Shown here: positions 18,187 to 28,767 of the stretch, piece by piece
How positions within the stretch are numbered: the first letter of the stretch is position 1
Layout: every line of letters starts with the position of its first letter
DNA from: Alphaproteobacteria bacterium
GTDB lineage: Bacteria; Pseudomonadota; Alphaproteobacteria; Micavibrionales; Micavibrionaceae
Assembly: GCA_039808845.1 (NCBI GenBank)
Contig: JBDHTS010000001.1
Location: 1 to 49,993 of the forward strand
DNA: 49,993 nucleotides
Reading direction: 5' to 3'
The notes under the pieces: generated by a model
Databases searched by the model: none
What the model was told of the DNA's origin: nothing
Seen by the model: only the letters and a program-made list of their open reading frames with translations
Translations under genes and position numbers: made by a program

Positions 18187-19512
18187 ATGACCTTCGAAGA
18201 ACTGGGCCTCGGGCCCGATATCCTGCGGGCGATCGCCGATTGCGGCTATACAAATCCGACCCCCATTCAGGAAAAAGCCATTCCCGTCGTGCTGATGGCG
18301 CGCGACGTCATCGGGCTTGCGCAGACGGGCACGGGCAAGACGGCAAGCTTCACGCTGCCTATGATCGAGATCCTGGCGGGCGGGCGGGCGCGGGCGCGGA
18401 TGCCGCGCTCCCTGATCCTGTCGCCTACGCGCGAACTGGCGGCGCAGATCGCCGAGAATTTCGACCTGTACGGCAAGTATCATCCATTGTCCAAGGCGCT
18501 GCTGGTCGGCGGCGAGTCCATGGGCGACCAGCAGAAGATCCTGGAGCGCGGCGTCGACGTTTTGATCGCCACGCCGGGGCGGCTGCTGGACCTGTTCGAC
18601 CGGGGCAACATCCTGCTGAACGACATCAAGATCCTGGTGATCGACGAGGCGGACCGGATGCTGGACATGGGGTTCATTCCCGACATCGAAAAGATCGTCA
18701 GCAAGATTCCGCCGATCCGCCAGACGCTTCTGTTCTCCGCCACCATGCCGCCGGAGATCCAGAAGCTGGCCGACAAGTTCCTGAGCAATCCGAAAACCAT
18801 CAAGGTCGAGCCGCCCGCGAAAGCGCCGATCGAGCAATTCCTGGTAAAGGCCGGGTCGAAGGCGAAGCGTCAGGCCCTGCGCCAGATCATCCAGCAGGAA
18901 TCGGTGAAAAACGCGTTTATCTTCTGCAACCGCAAGCGCGAAGTGGGCGAACTGGCCAAATGGCTGAAGGGTAAAGGCCTCAACGCCGCGCCCATGCACG
19001 GCGACATGGTTCAATCCGTCAGGACGCAGACCCTGAAAGATTTCAAGGAAGACCGGATTTCCCTGCTGGTGTGCAGCGATGTGGCGGCGCGCGGGCTGGA
19101 TGTCGACGCCGTCAGCCATGTGTTCAATTACGACATTCCGTTCAGCGCGGAGGATTACGTGCACCGTATCGGCCGCACGGGCCGCGCGGGCATGTCCGGG
19201 CGCGCCTGGTCCATCGCGACGGAAGACGACGCAAAGCTGGTGAAAGCGATCGAGCGGCTGACCGGCAAGGACATACCGGTCGTCAAGCTGGAGCAGGGCG
19301 AGGCTGAATCCGAGTCTCGCGAAGAAAGACTGAGGCGGGAACGCGCCGAGCGCCCGCGAAGAGACGAAACGCGCCGCGAGCGTGGAGACCGGGGTGATTC
19401 CCAGCGTCCTGCCAGGCGCGATCAGGCGCAGCGCCCCCGTCCCCCGCGCGAAGCGCCGGATGACGGACCGAATACATTCGGCGACGACGTCCCGGCGTTT
19501 CTGCGGCGGTAG
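18187..19512 (+). CDS. rhlE: DEAD-box ATP-dependent RNA helicase (RhlE-like) with Arg-rich C-terminal tail
   Basis: I prefer the ATG at 18187 (MTFEELGLGPDIL). Motifs: Q-motif PTPIQ, AQTGTGKT, PTRELA, VIDEADRM, SAT, HRIGRTGRAG. Confidence 0.9.
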   Translation: MTFEELGLGPDILRAIADCGYTNPTPIQEKAIPVVLMARDVIGLAQTGTGKTASFTLPMIEILAGGRARARMPRSLILSPTRELAAQIAENFDLYGKYHPLSKALLVGGESMGDQQKILERGVDVLIATPGRLLDLFDRGNILLNDIKILVIDEADRMLDMGFIPDIEKIVSKIPPIRQTLLFSATMPPEIQKLADKFLSNPKTIKVEPPAKAPIEQFLVKAGSKAKRQALRQIIQQESVKNAFIFCNRKREVGELAKWLKGKGLNAAPMHGDMVQSVRTQTLKDFKEDRISLLVCSDVAARGLDVDAVSHVFNYDIPFSAEDYVHRIGRTGRAGMSGRAWSIATEDDAKLVKAIERLTGKDIPVVKLEQGEAESESREERLRRERAERPRRDETRRERGDRGDSQRPARRDQAQRPRPPREAPDDGPNTFGDDVPAFLRR

Positions 19513-19525
19513 AGGCAGAAATTGA

Positions 19526-19629
19526 CCCCCTCCTCATCACGGGGAGGGCCGGGGCAGGGGGGTACGGACCGATGGTCTTAAAGCCCCTTGGCCTGTACAC
19601 CCTCCCCAACCCCTCCCTTAGGGAGGGGC
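19526..19629 (+). repeat. REP-like ~105-nt palindromic intergenic element, copy 2
   Basis: ccccctcctcatcacggggagggccggggcagggggg...caccctccccaacccctcccttagggaggggc, starting 14 nt after the rhlE stop. Confidence 0.8.
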
Positions 19630-19735
19630 TCTCTTTGGGAGAGAAGAGTTGAAGGAAATATTCATAAAATGGCTTTCGCGCCTTGACGGGGCTGCGTGGA
19701 GATTCCACAATTGCCGCGGGTTCCGGGAGTTTTTA

Positions 19736-21985
19736 ATGCGTTTTGGCAAGACATCCTGTCTTTTGGTGACGACCATTCTGGCGGCGGTGCCCGCGACTGT
19801 CCGGGCACAGGCCCTGACCGTGACGGACGGGCCCGCCCCTTTGAAGCTGACCCAGCTGTCGCGGTCGGACGAGGCGCCGCCGCAACCCATCGGCGGGGAA
19901 CAGCCGGTCGATCTGGTTGCCGAGAATCTGACTCATGATGAAGCCGGGCAAACGATCACTGCCGCAGGGCATGTCACGCTGAAACAGGCGGGGCGCATCC
20001 TGAAGGCGGATCAGGTGATTTATAACCTTGCCACGGATACCGTGACGGCGTCGGGGCATGTGGTGTTCGCGGATAAAGGCGGCGATCTGCATTTCGCGGA
20101 TACGGTCACGCTGAAAAACCAGATGAAGGACGGGTTCGTCGAGGGCGTGCGGTCCTATCTGGCAAAGGGCGGACGCTTTAATGCGGAAACCGGTGAACGC
20201 AAGGATGCGCGTGTCACCACGATGCGCGACACCAGTTTTACCACCTGCGACTGCAAGGCCAGCTATGAGGACCATCCTCCCTGGCGCATCCGCGCCAAGG
20301 AAATCAAGCACGATGAATCGACTCATCGTGTAACATACAAAAACGCGACATTCGATGTATTCGGCGCGCCGGTGCTGTGGACGCCATATTTCTCCCATCC
20401 CGACGGCCAGATCAAACGCAAGAGCGGATTGCTCAGCCCCGTCCTGGGCTATGACAGCCAGCTTGGTGCGAACATTACCCAGCGTTATTACTGGGACATC
20501 GCTCCGGACAAGGACGCCACGCTGGGCGTGATGGCGATGACGGAAGAAGCGCCGCTGGCGCTGGGTGAATACCGGCAGCGTTTCAACAAGGCGGAATTCA
20601 AGCTGAATGGCAGTTTCACATCGTCGTCGCGCACAGACCGCGTCGGAGGGGTAAACGTACGCAAGGATGAAGAGCTGCGCGGCCATCTGTTCGGGCGCGG
20701 GCGATGGGACATCAATGATAAATGGCGTTCCGGATTCAAGGTGCAGACGGCATCGGACGACCAGTATCTGCGTCAGTACGATCTGAGCAGCGAGGACGTT
20801 CTGGAGAACGAAATTTATGCCGAGCGGTTTTCCGGGCGCAATTATGCCGTCGCGCGGGCCATGGCTTTTCAGGATGTGCGGATCGAAGACAAGGCCGACC
20901 AGCCGAATATCCTGCCTGAAGTGGTCGCAAGTTTCCGGGGCGAGCCGAATGCGACGCTGGGCGGACGCTGGGACGCTGACTTTTCAGCATTGGGGCTGAC
21001 GCGGTTCGGAACTGAACAGGATATGAACCGCGCGAGCGGGCGCGTCGGCTGGCAGCGCCGCATGGTCGCCGGCTTCGGCATGGTGACAACGGCGGATGCC
21101 AGTGTGCGGGGGGATGTCTATCAGGTGACGGACCGCGATATCACGAACAGCGATCCCGGACGCGACGGCAACAGCCATGCGGCGCGCTTTCTGCCCCAGG
21201 GGCATGTCGTGACGTCAATGCCGTTCGTCAAGCCGGTCAAAAATATGCAGGCCATCGTTGAGCCGGTGGCCGCGTTGACCGTCTCAGGCAATATCGATAA
21301 TGAAAGCGAGGATGTGCCCAACGAGGACAGCCAGGACGTCCAGATCGATTCAAACTCCCTGTTCCGCGCCAACCGTTTTCCCGGCTATGACCGGATCGAG
21401 GACCGGTCGCACATGGAATACGGTGTGCGGACCGGACTTTACGATAACGGCGGCAGTTACGGCAGCATCTTCCTGGGGCAGAGCTATCGCTTCAACGACG
21501 ACGACAATCCTTTCCCGCGCGGTTCCGGGCTGTCGCGGCAGGCATCCGATTATGTCGGCGAAATCGCCGGAGCGGTGGACAATCGTTACAACCTGAATTA
21601 CCGCTTCCAGCTGGCCAGCGACACGTTTTCGTCCCAGCGGCATGAAGTCGAGGCCAACGCGAACTGGGACCGTCTGCAGCTGGGCGGGCGGTATTTCTAT
21701 GCCAAGGCGCTGGAAGACACCGATATCGAGGAAACGCGCGAGCAGCTGGAAAGCAACGCCACGATCAAGGTGGCGCAGGACTGGAAAATGCGGACCGGCG
21801 CCCTGTACGATTTCGGTGAAAACCAGGGATTGCGCAAGGCGATCCTGGGGGCTGATTATACAGGATGCTGCATGGTGATGTCCCTGACCGCCACGCGAAA
21901 CCTGACGACGGAATCGTCGGGCGACAGCGGCACGGACATCATTTTCAGGATCGGCCTGAAGGGCCTGGGCGACGATGCGATCTGA
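19736..21985 (+). CDS. lptD: LPS-assembly outer-membrane protein LptD (OstA)
   Basis: I prefer the ATG at 19736, giving the signal peptide MRFGKTSCLLVTTILAAVPATVRAQA. It has an OstA N-terminal domain (VDLVAENLTHDEAGQTITAAGHV...ADQVIYN) and a long beta-barrel part ending FRIGLKGLG. Confidence 0.9.
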   Translation: MRFGKTSCLLVTTILAAVPATVRAQALTVTDGPAPLKLTQLSRSDEAPPQPIGGEQPVDLVAENLTHDEAGQTITAAGHVTLKQAGRILKADQVIYNLATDTVTASGHVVFADKGGDLHFADTVTLKNQMKDGFVEGVRSYLAKGGRFNAETGERKDARVTTMRDTSFTTCDCKASYEDHPPWRIRAKEIKHDESTHRVTYKNATFDVFGAPVLWTPYFSHPDGQIKRKSGLLSPVLGYDSQLGANITQRYYWDIAPDKDATLGVMAMTEEAPLALGEYRQRFNKAEFKLNGSFTSSSRTDRVGGVNVRKDEELRGHLFGRGRWDINDKWRSGFKVQTASDDQYLRQYDLSSEDVLENEIYAERFSGRNYAVARAMAFQDVRIEDKADQPNILPEVVASFRGEPNATLGGRWDADFSALGLTRFGTEQDMNRASGRVGWQRRMVAGFGMVTTADASVRGDVYQVTDRDITNSDPGRDGNSHAARFLPQGHVVTSMPFVKPVKNMQAIVEPVAALTVSGNIDNESEDVPNEDSQDVQIDSNSLFRANRFPGYDRIEDRSHMEYGVRTGLYDNGGSYGSIFLGQSYRFNDDDNPFPRGSGLSRQASDYVGEIAGAVDNRYNLNYRFQLASDTFSSQRHEVEANANWDRLQLGGRYFYAKALEDTDIEETREQLESNATIKVAQDWKMRTGALYDFGENQGLRKAILGADYTGCCMVMSLTATRNLTTESSGDSGTDIIFRIGLKGLGDDAI

Positions 21986-22000
21986 AGGGGCACGTTCCTA

Positions 22001-23119
22001 TCACGATCCGTTCTTTTTTTCTTTCAGAGCAGGCGAACCGGAGAGCGTGATCGCTTTCTTGTCTTTTTTGTTCGATGCAGTCAAGACCCGAGACGGGGAT
22101 GCCATTTCGCCTTTCAGACTGAAGATAAAGCTGTTGTAGTTTTTTCCATGCGTGGCCTTACGGACAGTTTCGATGTCTTTATCAGACAGCGCAATATTTT
22201 TAAAAACAGCGGCAGCCGGTCTCGTTTCATTCAGATAGGCGCGGAGCGCGTCCAGAGTGGGCGCGCGGCTGGAGGCATTCACCAGAAAACGGCCATCCCG
22301 GCGCTGGGCCTTCAGAGAAAGAGCGATGTCAGGCGTATGGGTCGCGCGTCCGCGCAAGGCGATTAAATAGGAATCGACCGGTCCGTCGAGGGTCAGCGTG
22401 CCTTCGCGCAGCGAAGCCGGGCCGGAGGAAACGAGGCCGGCGGTCAGCTTGCCCTTGAACGTCGGTCTGTTGTCCGTGCGCGGCGAACCCGAAACGATGT
22501 CAAGCGTGCCCGACGAGCGCGCGATATCCAGCGCGTCGGTGCGGACGCGAAACGCGCCGATTTCACCTTTCGCGAGCCAGCTGCCGTCGCGCTTCCAGTC
22601 GGTGGACCAGCGCGTATCGAAGGTCAGCTGGTTCTGGTTGCCGTAGACGGCGGCATCGATGTGGCGTCCCGCAGTGCTTTCAACCATCTGCATCCTGGAC
22701 TCGATACGGATGGAGCCGGCGTCCGTCATAAGGTCGATGCGCCCGTATTCGAGAATCAGGGTTTTCACCCAGCCCGGAAAGCGGAGGGGCTGGCCGTTCC
22801 AGCCATCGACCGTCAGGCCTTCCGGACCCAGGTCGCCTGTCAGGAGGACATCCTTGAGAACCACGGCATAGGGCGGAAGCGGACTGATGGGGATGCGGAG
22901 GCTGCCGATCGTGCTGAAGCCATCGGGGTCGAGCTTGATGTCAAGGAATTCAGCGCCGGACAGGCCTATTCTGGTTTTACCGATGGAGGATACCTGAAAT
23001 CCCTGCGCCGCCATCATGCGCTTCATCTGATAGACGGACCAGTAGGGCACCGCGAACCATCCAGCCACGGCGATCAGGGCCAGTGCGCAAAAAAACCAGG
23101 GGCGCGACAGGAAGCGCAT
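22001..23119 (-). CDS. N-terminally anchored hypothetical protein (372 aa)
   Basis: A single N-terminal TM helix (PWFFCALALIAVAGWFAVPYW) precedes a Thr/Gly/Asp-rich, beta-looking body. It lies directly downstream of parE (5-nt gap). I am not confident of any family assignment. Confidence 0.6.
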   Translation of the reverse strand: MRFLSRPWFFCALALIAVAGWFAVPYWSVYQMKRMMAAQGFQVSSIGKTRIGLSGAEFLDIKLDPDGFSTIGSLRIPISPLPPYAVVLKDVLLTGDLGPEGLTVDGWNGQPLRFPGWVKTLILEYGRIDLMTDAGSIRIESRMQMVESTAGRHIDAAVYGNQNQLTFDTRWSTDWKRDGSWLAKGEIGAFRVRTDALDIARSSGTLDIVSGSPRTDNRPTFKGKLTAGLVSSGPASLREGTLTLDGPVDSYLIALRGRATHTPDIALSLKAQRRDGRFLVNASSRAPTLDALRAYLNETRPAAAVFKNIALSDKDIETVRKATHGKNYNSFIFSLKGEMASPSRVLTASNKKDKKAITLSGSPALKEKKNGS

Positions 23120-23124
23120 CGGCG

Positions 23125-25152
23125 TCAGACGTCCAGATCCTGGACGAATTCAGCGTTTTGCTGGATGAACTGGAAACGGGCGTCGGCGTTTTTACCCATC
23201 AGCCGCTCGACCAGATCGTCAACGGTTCCGGTTGAAGGTTCGGAAGATGCCTGAGCATCCAGCGCCATCTCGGCGGTCAGGCCCAGGGCGGCCATCGCAT
23301 CGGGGAGCGTGACCCGGAGCAGAACACGCGTATTGGGGTCCATTGTCGTGTCTTTCAGCTGTTTCGCGGGCATTTCACCAAGGCCCTTGAACCGGCTCAC
23401 CTCGACCTTTTTGTTTTTAAAGGTCGTCTGCATTAGTTCGTCTTTATGCTGGTCATCGCGGGCATAGAAGGAGATAGGGCCGGAGGCCAAGCGATAAAGC
23501 GGCGGCTGGGCCAAATAAAGCTGCCCGCGTTCGATGACCCCGCGCATCTGAGTGTAGAAGAATGTGATGAGGAGCGAGGCGATATGCGCGCCGTCGACGT
23601 CGGCATCCGTCATGATGATGATTTTTTCGTAGCGCAGACTGTCCGGATTGAAATTCTTTCCGGCCCCGGCGCCCATTGCCAGGATCAGATCCTGGATTTC
23701 CTGGTTGGCGCGTATCTTGTCGGCGGTGGCGCTGACCACGTTCAGGATCTTGCCGCGCAGAGGCAGGATGGCCTGCGTTTCGCGGTGGCGCGCCTGTTTG
23801 GCTGAGCCGCCCGCGGAGTCACCTTCGACGATGAACAGCTCGGTGCCTTCGGCCTCGGTCCTGCTGCAGTCCGCCAGCTTACCGGGCAGACGCAGTTTGC
23901 GCGTGGCGCTTTTGCGGGCGAGGTTTTTGTCATCCTTGCGGCGGATGCGCTCCTCCGCCTTTTCGATGATGGCTTCGAGCAGGGCCTTGCCGGATACGGT
24001 GTCGCTGGACAGCCAGTGATCAAAATGATCCTTCATTGCCGTCTCGACCCAGCGCGCCGCTTCGGTTGTCGCCAGCTTTTCCTTGGTCTGGCCCTGGAAC
24101 TGCGGATCGCGGATAAAAAGAGACAGCAGGATGGCCGCGCCGCCGACGATATCGTCCGCCGTGATCTGCGCGGCCTTTTTATTGCCCGTCATCTCGCCGA
24201 AGGAACGGAGGGACCGGCCCAGGGCCGTGCGCAAACCCTGTTCATGCGTGCCGCCAAGCGGTGTCGGAATGGTATTGCAATAGGAATGGATAAAGCCTTC
24301 ACCGTCTTCCGGCCAGGCAATGGCGAATTCCACACGTCCGGCATCTTCCGGCAGATTCGCCTCGCCGCTGAAGGCAGAGGCCGTGATCGTTTCCCGGCCA
24401 TGAAGGGAGGCGTTCAGGAAATCCAGAAGGCCGTTGGGAAACTTCAGAACTTCTTTTTCCGGCACTTTCGCGTCAGACGGAAGAATGGACGGATCGCAGG
24501 ACCAATGGATTTCCACGCCGCGGAACAGATAAGCCTTGGACCGCGCCATCTGATACAGCCATGCCGGCTTGAAGCGCGCTTTTGACCCGAAAATCTGCGG
24601 ATCCGGATGAAAACAGACGGTTGTGCCGCGCCGGTTGCTCACCGCTCCAAGTTTTTCCAGTTTTGTCTGGGGCAGACCGCGCGAATAGGATTGGCGGTAA
24701 AGTTTTTTATCCCGCGCCACTTCGACCCACATCCAGTCGGACAAAGCATTGACGACCGAACTGCCGACGCCATGCAGACCGCCGGAGGTCTGATACGCCT
24801 TGCCGCTGAATTTCCCGCCGGAATGGAGTGTCGTCAGAATAACCTCAAGCGCGGACTTTCCGGGATATTTCGGATGGTTGTCAACCGGGATGCCACGTCC
24901 ATTATCGGCAATAGTCACGGAGGCGTCGGCGTTCAGGATCATCTCAATACGGCTGGCATGGCCCGCCACCGCTTCGTCCATCGAATTGTCGAGGATTTCG
25001 CCCACAAGGTGATGCAGGGCGCGCTCGTCAGTGCCCCCGATATACATGCCCGGACGCTTCCTGACAGGCTCCAGACCTTCCAGAACCTCGATATCGGCCG
25101 CGCCGTAACTGGCGGAATCCGCCTTTTTCCGGTTATTGAAGAGATCCGTCAT
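23125..25152 (-). CDS. parE: DNA topoisomerase IV subunit B
   Basis: 675 aa: GLEPVRKRPGMYIGGT, GHKL ATPase motifs (EILDNSMDEA, DNGRGIP, GGLHGVG) and a Toprim domain (ELFIVEGDSAGGSAKQ, IMTDADVDGAHI). The length fits ParE rather than the ~800-aa GyrB. Confidence 0.88.
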   Translation of the reverse strand: MTDLFNNRKKADSASYGAADIEVLEGLEPVRKRPGMYIGGTDERALHHLVGEILDNSMDEAVAGHASRIEMILNADASVTIADNGRGIPVDNHPKYPGKSALEVILTTLHSGGKFSGKAYQTSGGLHGVGSSVVNALSDWMWVEVARDKKLYRQSYSRGLPQTKLEKLGAVSNRRGTTVCFHPDPQIFGSKARFKPAWLYQMARSKAYLFRGVEIHWSCDPSILPSDAKVPEKEVLKFPNGLLDFLNASLHGRETITASAFSGEANLPEDAGRVEFAIAWPEDGEGFIHSYCNTIPTPLGGTHEQGLRTALGRSLRSFGEMTGNKKAAQITADDIVGGAAILLSLFIRDPQFQGQTKEKLATTEAARWVETAMKDHFDHWLSSDTVSGKALLEAIIEKAEERIRRKDDKNLARKSATRKLRLPGKLADCSRTEAEGTELFIVEGDSAGGSAKQARHRETQAILPLRGKILNVVSATADKIRANQEIQDLILAMGAGAGKNFNPDSLRYEKIIIMTDADVDGAHIASLLITFFYTQMRGVIERGQLYLAQPPLYRLASGPISFYARDDQHKDELMQTTFKNKKVEVSRFKGLGEMPAKQLKDTTMDPNTRVLLRVTLPDAMAALGLTAEMALDAQASSEPSTGTVDDLVERLMGKNADARFQFIQQNAEFVQDLDV

Positions 25153-25283
25153 ACTTACGCCAGAATTTTTTATAACAATAAACGTTTATAAGGGCTGTAA
25201 ACCCTTTTGCCTAAAGGCTATCATCCCAAAGCGGCATGAGCCGCACGAGGTTCATTGATTGCATTCCGGGACGTTAAAAGTCA

Positions 25284-25700
25284 ATGCCAGAGAGTAGCCG
25301 AACCCTAGAAGGACTGCCCGATGAACTGCGCGGGCGGATGCCCACCCTTTCCGTGATCGCCATGCCCGCGGACACCAATGCGCACGGGAATATCTTCGGG
25401 GGATGGATGATGTCCAACATGGACCTGGCCGCGGCGCAGCAGGCGATGGAAGTGACGGGGCACGACATCGTGACGCGGGCTGCGACCATTTCGTTCGACC
25501 GGCCGCTGAATGTTGGTGACAAGGCGTGGTTTTATACGGACGTCACGCGGATCGGCACGACCTCCATCACCGTGAAGACGGAAGCCTGGGCCCTGCGCCG
25601 CTCCGTGCATGTGTTCGAAAAAGTGGGCGAGGGAGAATTCGTCTTCGTCGCCATCGACAAGAACAAAAACAAGATCGCCATCGAGCCGGGAAAACCATGA
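25284..25700 (+). CDS. Acyl-CoA thioesterase, hotdog fold (YciA-like)
   Basis: 138 aa: MPADTNAHGNIFGGWMMSNMDLAA...TRAATISFDRPLNVGD...TSITVKTEAW. Confidence 0.85.
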   Translation: MPESSRTLEGLPDELRGRMPTLSVIAMPADTNAHGNIFGGWMMSNMDLAAAQQAMEVTGHDIVTRAATISFDRPLNVGDKAWFYTDVTRIGTTSITVKTEAWALRRSVHVFEKVGEGEFVFVAIDKNKNKIAIEPGKP

Positions 25701-26857
25701 AAGAACGGATGATTCGCAACGCCTGCTGCTATACCGCCTGCCTCCTTGCCGCGATCCTGTGGTGCGGCAAGGGAGCATATGCGCAGGAGAGTCAGATCAA
25801 AGGCTTCAAGGATTTGCCAAGCTATATGAAAGAAGCAAACTTGGCCGAATTTGAAAAGGCGACAGAGCTGATCGAAGAAAAACCGAGGGGCGATCGTTTC
25901 CTGGAATTCGAGGTCCGCATACCGAAAAACTGGAAACGCGTCGGGGAGCGCATCGACGACAGCGACGTCAATAACGGAGGGGATGTCAAATTATCCCGCA
26001 GGATTCTGGGCAGGCTGGTCAAATACTACGGGGCGGGGACTTTTGCCGCTCCCAGCCATTTCGACGTTCAGGCTATCGAGCTGGACCAGCAGATCACCGC
26101 CAAAAACTGGTTTCTCGGCTATCTGCAATCCAACAGCTATACTTTGCAGGGCCTCAAAGTGTTCAACAATCAGAAAGTCGAGGCGCTCTATGTCCTGGTT
26201 GAGGACGCCGTTTCCTATGTCGTGCGCACGACCGCCACCATTAACGGCCCCCGCATGGTCCTGGCGTCCTATTACCTGCCTGAGGAAGCATGGATGAAGG
26301 AGCGGGCGCTTCAGGAATACGTTCTGGGCTCGTTCAGGTTTCTTGAGCCGGAGCAGGTCAAGCTTCAGCCGACAAGGACCTATACATTCCTGGACCTGCT
26401 CAGGTTCGACTATCCGTCATCCTGGAGGCTTCTTGCCCCCGACATCAACAACATCGACAGCATGAACGTCCGCCTGGTCAATTCCAAGGACACAAAGACC
26501 CTTGTCGGAGAGATAAATGCAAGGATCGTTTCGACGGAGCTGGAGACGTCCCTGCCTCAGGAGCTCAACCTGCTCAAGGAGAACATCATGAGCATGGGTC
26601 TTGAAGTGGGGGAACTGCTCGAAACGCCGGCCAATTATAAATTCCAGCCCCAGGTCACATTCGCGCGCGTCGAGGTCTATAACGCCAAGGCGCGCAGCAA
26701 CAATGTGCAGGATCACGAATACTGGCTGGCGGTGATGGCCGAGGACCGATATTACTACATCATCAGCATGCTCACGCCGTCCAGGGACAACGACTTCTAC
26801 AACTGGGCCTCGAACACCGAGGCGTTCCAGCTGATCATCGAGTCGATCCGCCCCTGA
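25697..26857 (+). CDS. Secreted hypothetical protein (386 aa)
   Basis: I prefer the start at 25697 (ATGA overlap with the thioesterase stop), giving the signal peptide MKERMIRNACCYTACLLAAILWCGKGAYAQ. I recognise no motif. Confidence 0.65.
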   Translation: MKERMIRNACCYTACLLAAILWCGKGAYAQESQIKGFKDLPSYMKEANLAEFEKATELIEEKPRGDRFLEFEVRIPKNWKRVGERIDDSDVNNGGDVKLSRRILGRLVKYYGAGTFAAPSHFDVQAIELDQQITAKNWFLGYLQSNSYTLQGLKVFNNQKVEALYVLVEDAVSYVVRTTATINGPRMVLASYYLPEEAWMKERALQEYVLGSFRFLEPEQVKLQPTRTYTFLDLLRFDYPSSWRLLAPDINNIDSMNVRLVNSKDTKTLVGEINARIVSTELETSLPQELNLLKENIMSMGLEVGELLETPANYKFQPQVTFARVEVYNAKARSNNVQDHEYWLAVMAEDRYYYIISMLTPSRDNDFYNWASNTEAFQLIIESIRP

Positions 26858-26870
26858 ACGGCATTTTCCC

Positions 26871-28304
26871 TTACGACGAGTAGTACATATAGAATTCGAT
26901 CGGATGCGGACGGGTTTCGAACATCTCTATCTCTTCCATCTTCAGGTCGAAATAGCCCTCGATCATGTCGGTCGTGAACACGCCGCCCTTCAGCAGGAAT
27001 TCGTGATCCCGGCGCAGGGACTCGACCGCTTCGCGCAGCGAACCGCAGACGGTCGGGACTTTTTCCAGCTCTTCGGGCGGCAGTTCGTAAAGGTTTTTAT
27101 CCATTGCCTCGCCTGGATCGGTCTTGTTCTGGATACCGTCCAGACCGGCCATCAGCATTGCGCTGTAGGCCAGGTAGGGGTTCGCCAGCGGATCGGGGAA
27201 GCGCACTTCGACGCGTTTCGCCTTGGGCGACGATGTGAACGGAATCCGGCAGGAAGCCGAGCGGTTCCGTGACGAATACGCCAGCAGAACGGGTGCTTCG
27301 TAGCCAGGCACCAGGCGCTTGTAGCTGTTGGTCGTCGGGTTCGTGAAGGCGTTCAGGGCGCGCGCGTGCCTGATGATGCCGCCGATATACCACAGGCATT
27401 CCTGGGAAAGGCCGGCATATTTGTCGCCCGCGAAGAGGGGTTTGCCGCCACGCCATAACGACTGGTGCACGTGCATGCCCGAGCCGTTGTCGCCATAGAT
27501 CGGTTTTGGCATGAAGGTCGCGGTCTTGCCATAGGCATGGGCAACGTTCAAAACCACATATTTGTAGAGCTGCATGTTGTCGGCGCAGTTGACGAGGGTG
27601 GAGAACTTGATCCCCAGCTCATGCTGGCTGGCGGCGACTTCATGATGATGTTTCTCGACCGGCACGCCCATCGCGCGCATGACCGTCACCATCTCGCCGC
27701 GCAGGTCGAACCCGCTGTCGACCGGCGTTTCGGGGAAATAACCGCCCTTCACGCGCGGGCGGTGGCCCATGTTGCCGTTTTCGTATTCCTTGCCGCTGTT
27801 GTACGGACCTTCTTCGCTATCGATGCGGACACCGATGTGATGGCTGTCGGAATGGATGCGGATGTCGTCGAAGACGAAGAATTCGGCTTCGGGGCCGAAA
27901 TAGGCCGTATCCGCGATCCCCGTCGTCTGAAGATAGTTTTCCGCCGCCTTGGCGATGGAACGGGGATCCCGGTTGTAAGGCTTGCCGCTGACCGGATCCA
28001 GAATATCGCACATGATTTCGAGCGTGGACTGAACGGCGAACGGATCCATGGCGATGCGCCCGGCGTCGGGCAAAAGCTGCATGTCGGATTCATTGATGGC
28101 CTTCCAGCCGGCGATGGAGGAAGCATCGAACATCAGGCCGTCTTTCAACGTGCCTTCGTCAAGCATGTCCATATGGAAAGTAACATGATGACGCTTGCCG
28201 CGGGGATCGGTAAATTTGCAATTGATATAATCGATTTCCCTGTCCCTGCAGATTTTCAGGACATCGGCGTAAGTCTTGGCTTTCAACAGATTGGAGTCCG
28301 ACAT
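26871..28304 (-). CDS. glnA: Glutamine synthetase type I
   Basis: I prefer the start at CAT 28302-28304 ([10 protein letters not shown]...). Supporting segments: [70 protein letters not shown], and the adenylylation-site region ...[10 protein letters not shown]. Confidence 0.95.
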   Translation of the reverse strand: MSDSNLLKAKTYADVLKICRDREIDYINCKFTDPRGKRHHVTFHMDMLDEGTLKDGLMFDASSIAGWKAINESDMQLLPDAGRIAMDPFAVQSTLEIMCDILDPVSGKPYNRDPRSIAKAAENYLQTTGIADTAYFGPEAEFFVFDDIRIHSDSHHIGVRIDSEEGPYNSGKEYENGNMGHRPRVKGGYFPETPVDSGFDLRGEMVTVMRAMGVPVEKHHHEVAASQHELGIKFSTLVNCADNMQLYKYVVLNVAHAYGKTATFMPKPIYGDNGSGMHVHQSLWRGGKPLFAGDKYAGLSQECLWYIGGIIRHARALNAFTNPTTNSYKRLVPGYEAPVLLAYSSRNRSASCRIPFTSSPKAKRVEVRFPDPLANPYLAYSAMLMAGLDGIQNKTDPGEAMDKNLYELPPEELEKVPTVCGSLREAVESLRRDHEFLLKGGVFTTDMIEGYFDLKMEEIEMFETRPHPIEFYMYYSS

Positions 28305-28476
28305 ATATAACCTTCCGGGTTTTGCAGTGCACCTATGTGAAAAGTGCAGATCAGTTATGAAGACAGCGCGAAAATAGCACCGTTTCGGAAACCGGACAAT
28401 ATGACGGCGGAAATTTTTTAATCCCATGAAACCCTTGACCGTCCGCCGATCCGGGGTTTAAAAGAATTTTCCACAT

Positions 28477-28553
28477 GGCGACCGTAGCTCAGCTGGTAGA
28501 GCACTCGGTTGTGGTCCGAGTTGTCGCGGGTTCAAGCCCCGTCGGTCGCCCCA
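28477..28553 (+). tRNA. tRNA-His (anticodon GTG) with G-1, CCA encoded
   Basis: ggcgaccgtagctcagctggtagagcactcggTTGTGGTccgag...ggttcaagccccgtcggtcgccCCA. The extra 5' G pairs with the discriminator C, as is typical of tRNA-His. Confidence 0.92.
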
Positions 28554-28767
28554 CCCTGCTTCGCTAAAGCTTCGCAGGGCGGAGGGGAGGTACACGTTCG
28601 CCCGGAGACGGTTCTGGCCATGATTTTTCTTCGAAAACTATTTTCTTCAGAGTCGCTGGCTTCCAAAGATAGAGTTGTTATAGACGGTGGTTTTGCCGGA
28701 GCGTTTGCGTTTCCGCTAGAACGGACGAAAAAGCCCGGGACTGATTCCAGGAAGCCAAGAGAAAAGC

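Noticed and set aside
28328-28348. Inverted repeat TGCAC-N11-GTGCA upstream of glnA, considered as an NtrC binding site; glnB is also absent upstream of glnA.
   Set aside because: The half-site spacing does not fit the TGCACC-N5-GGTGCA consensus. The site is only about 25-45 nt from the start codon, whereas NtrC enhancers lie further upstream, and I found no clear sigma-54 GG-N10-GC element. There is too little support to call it.
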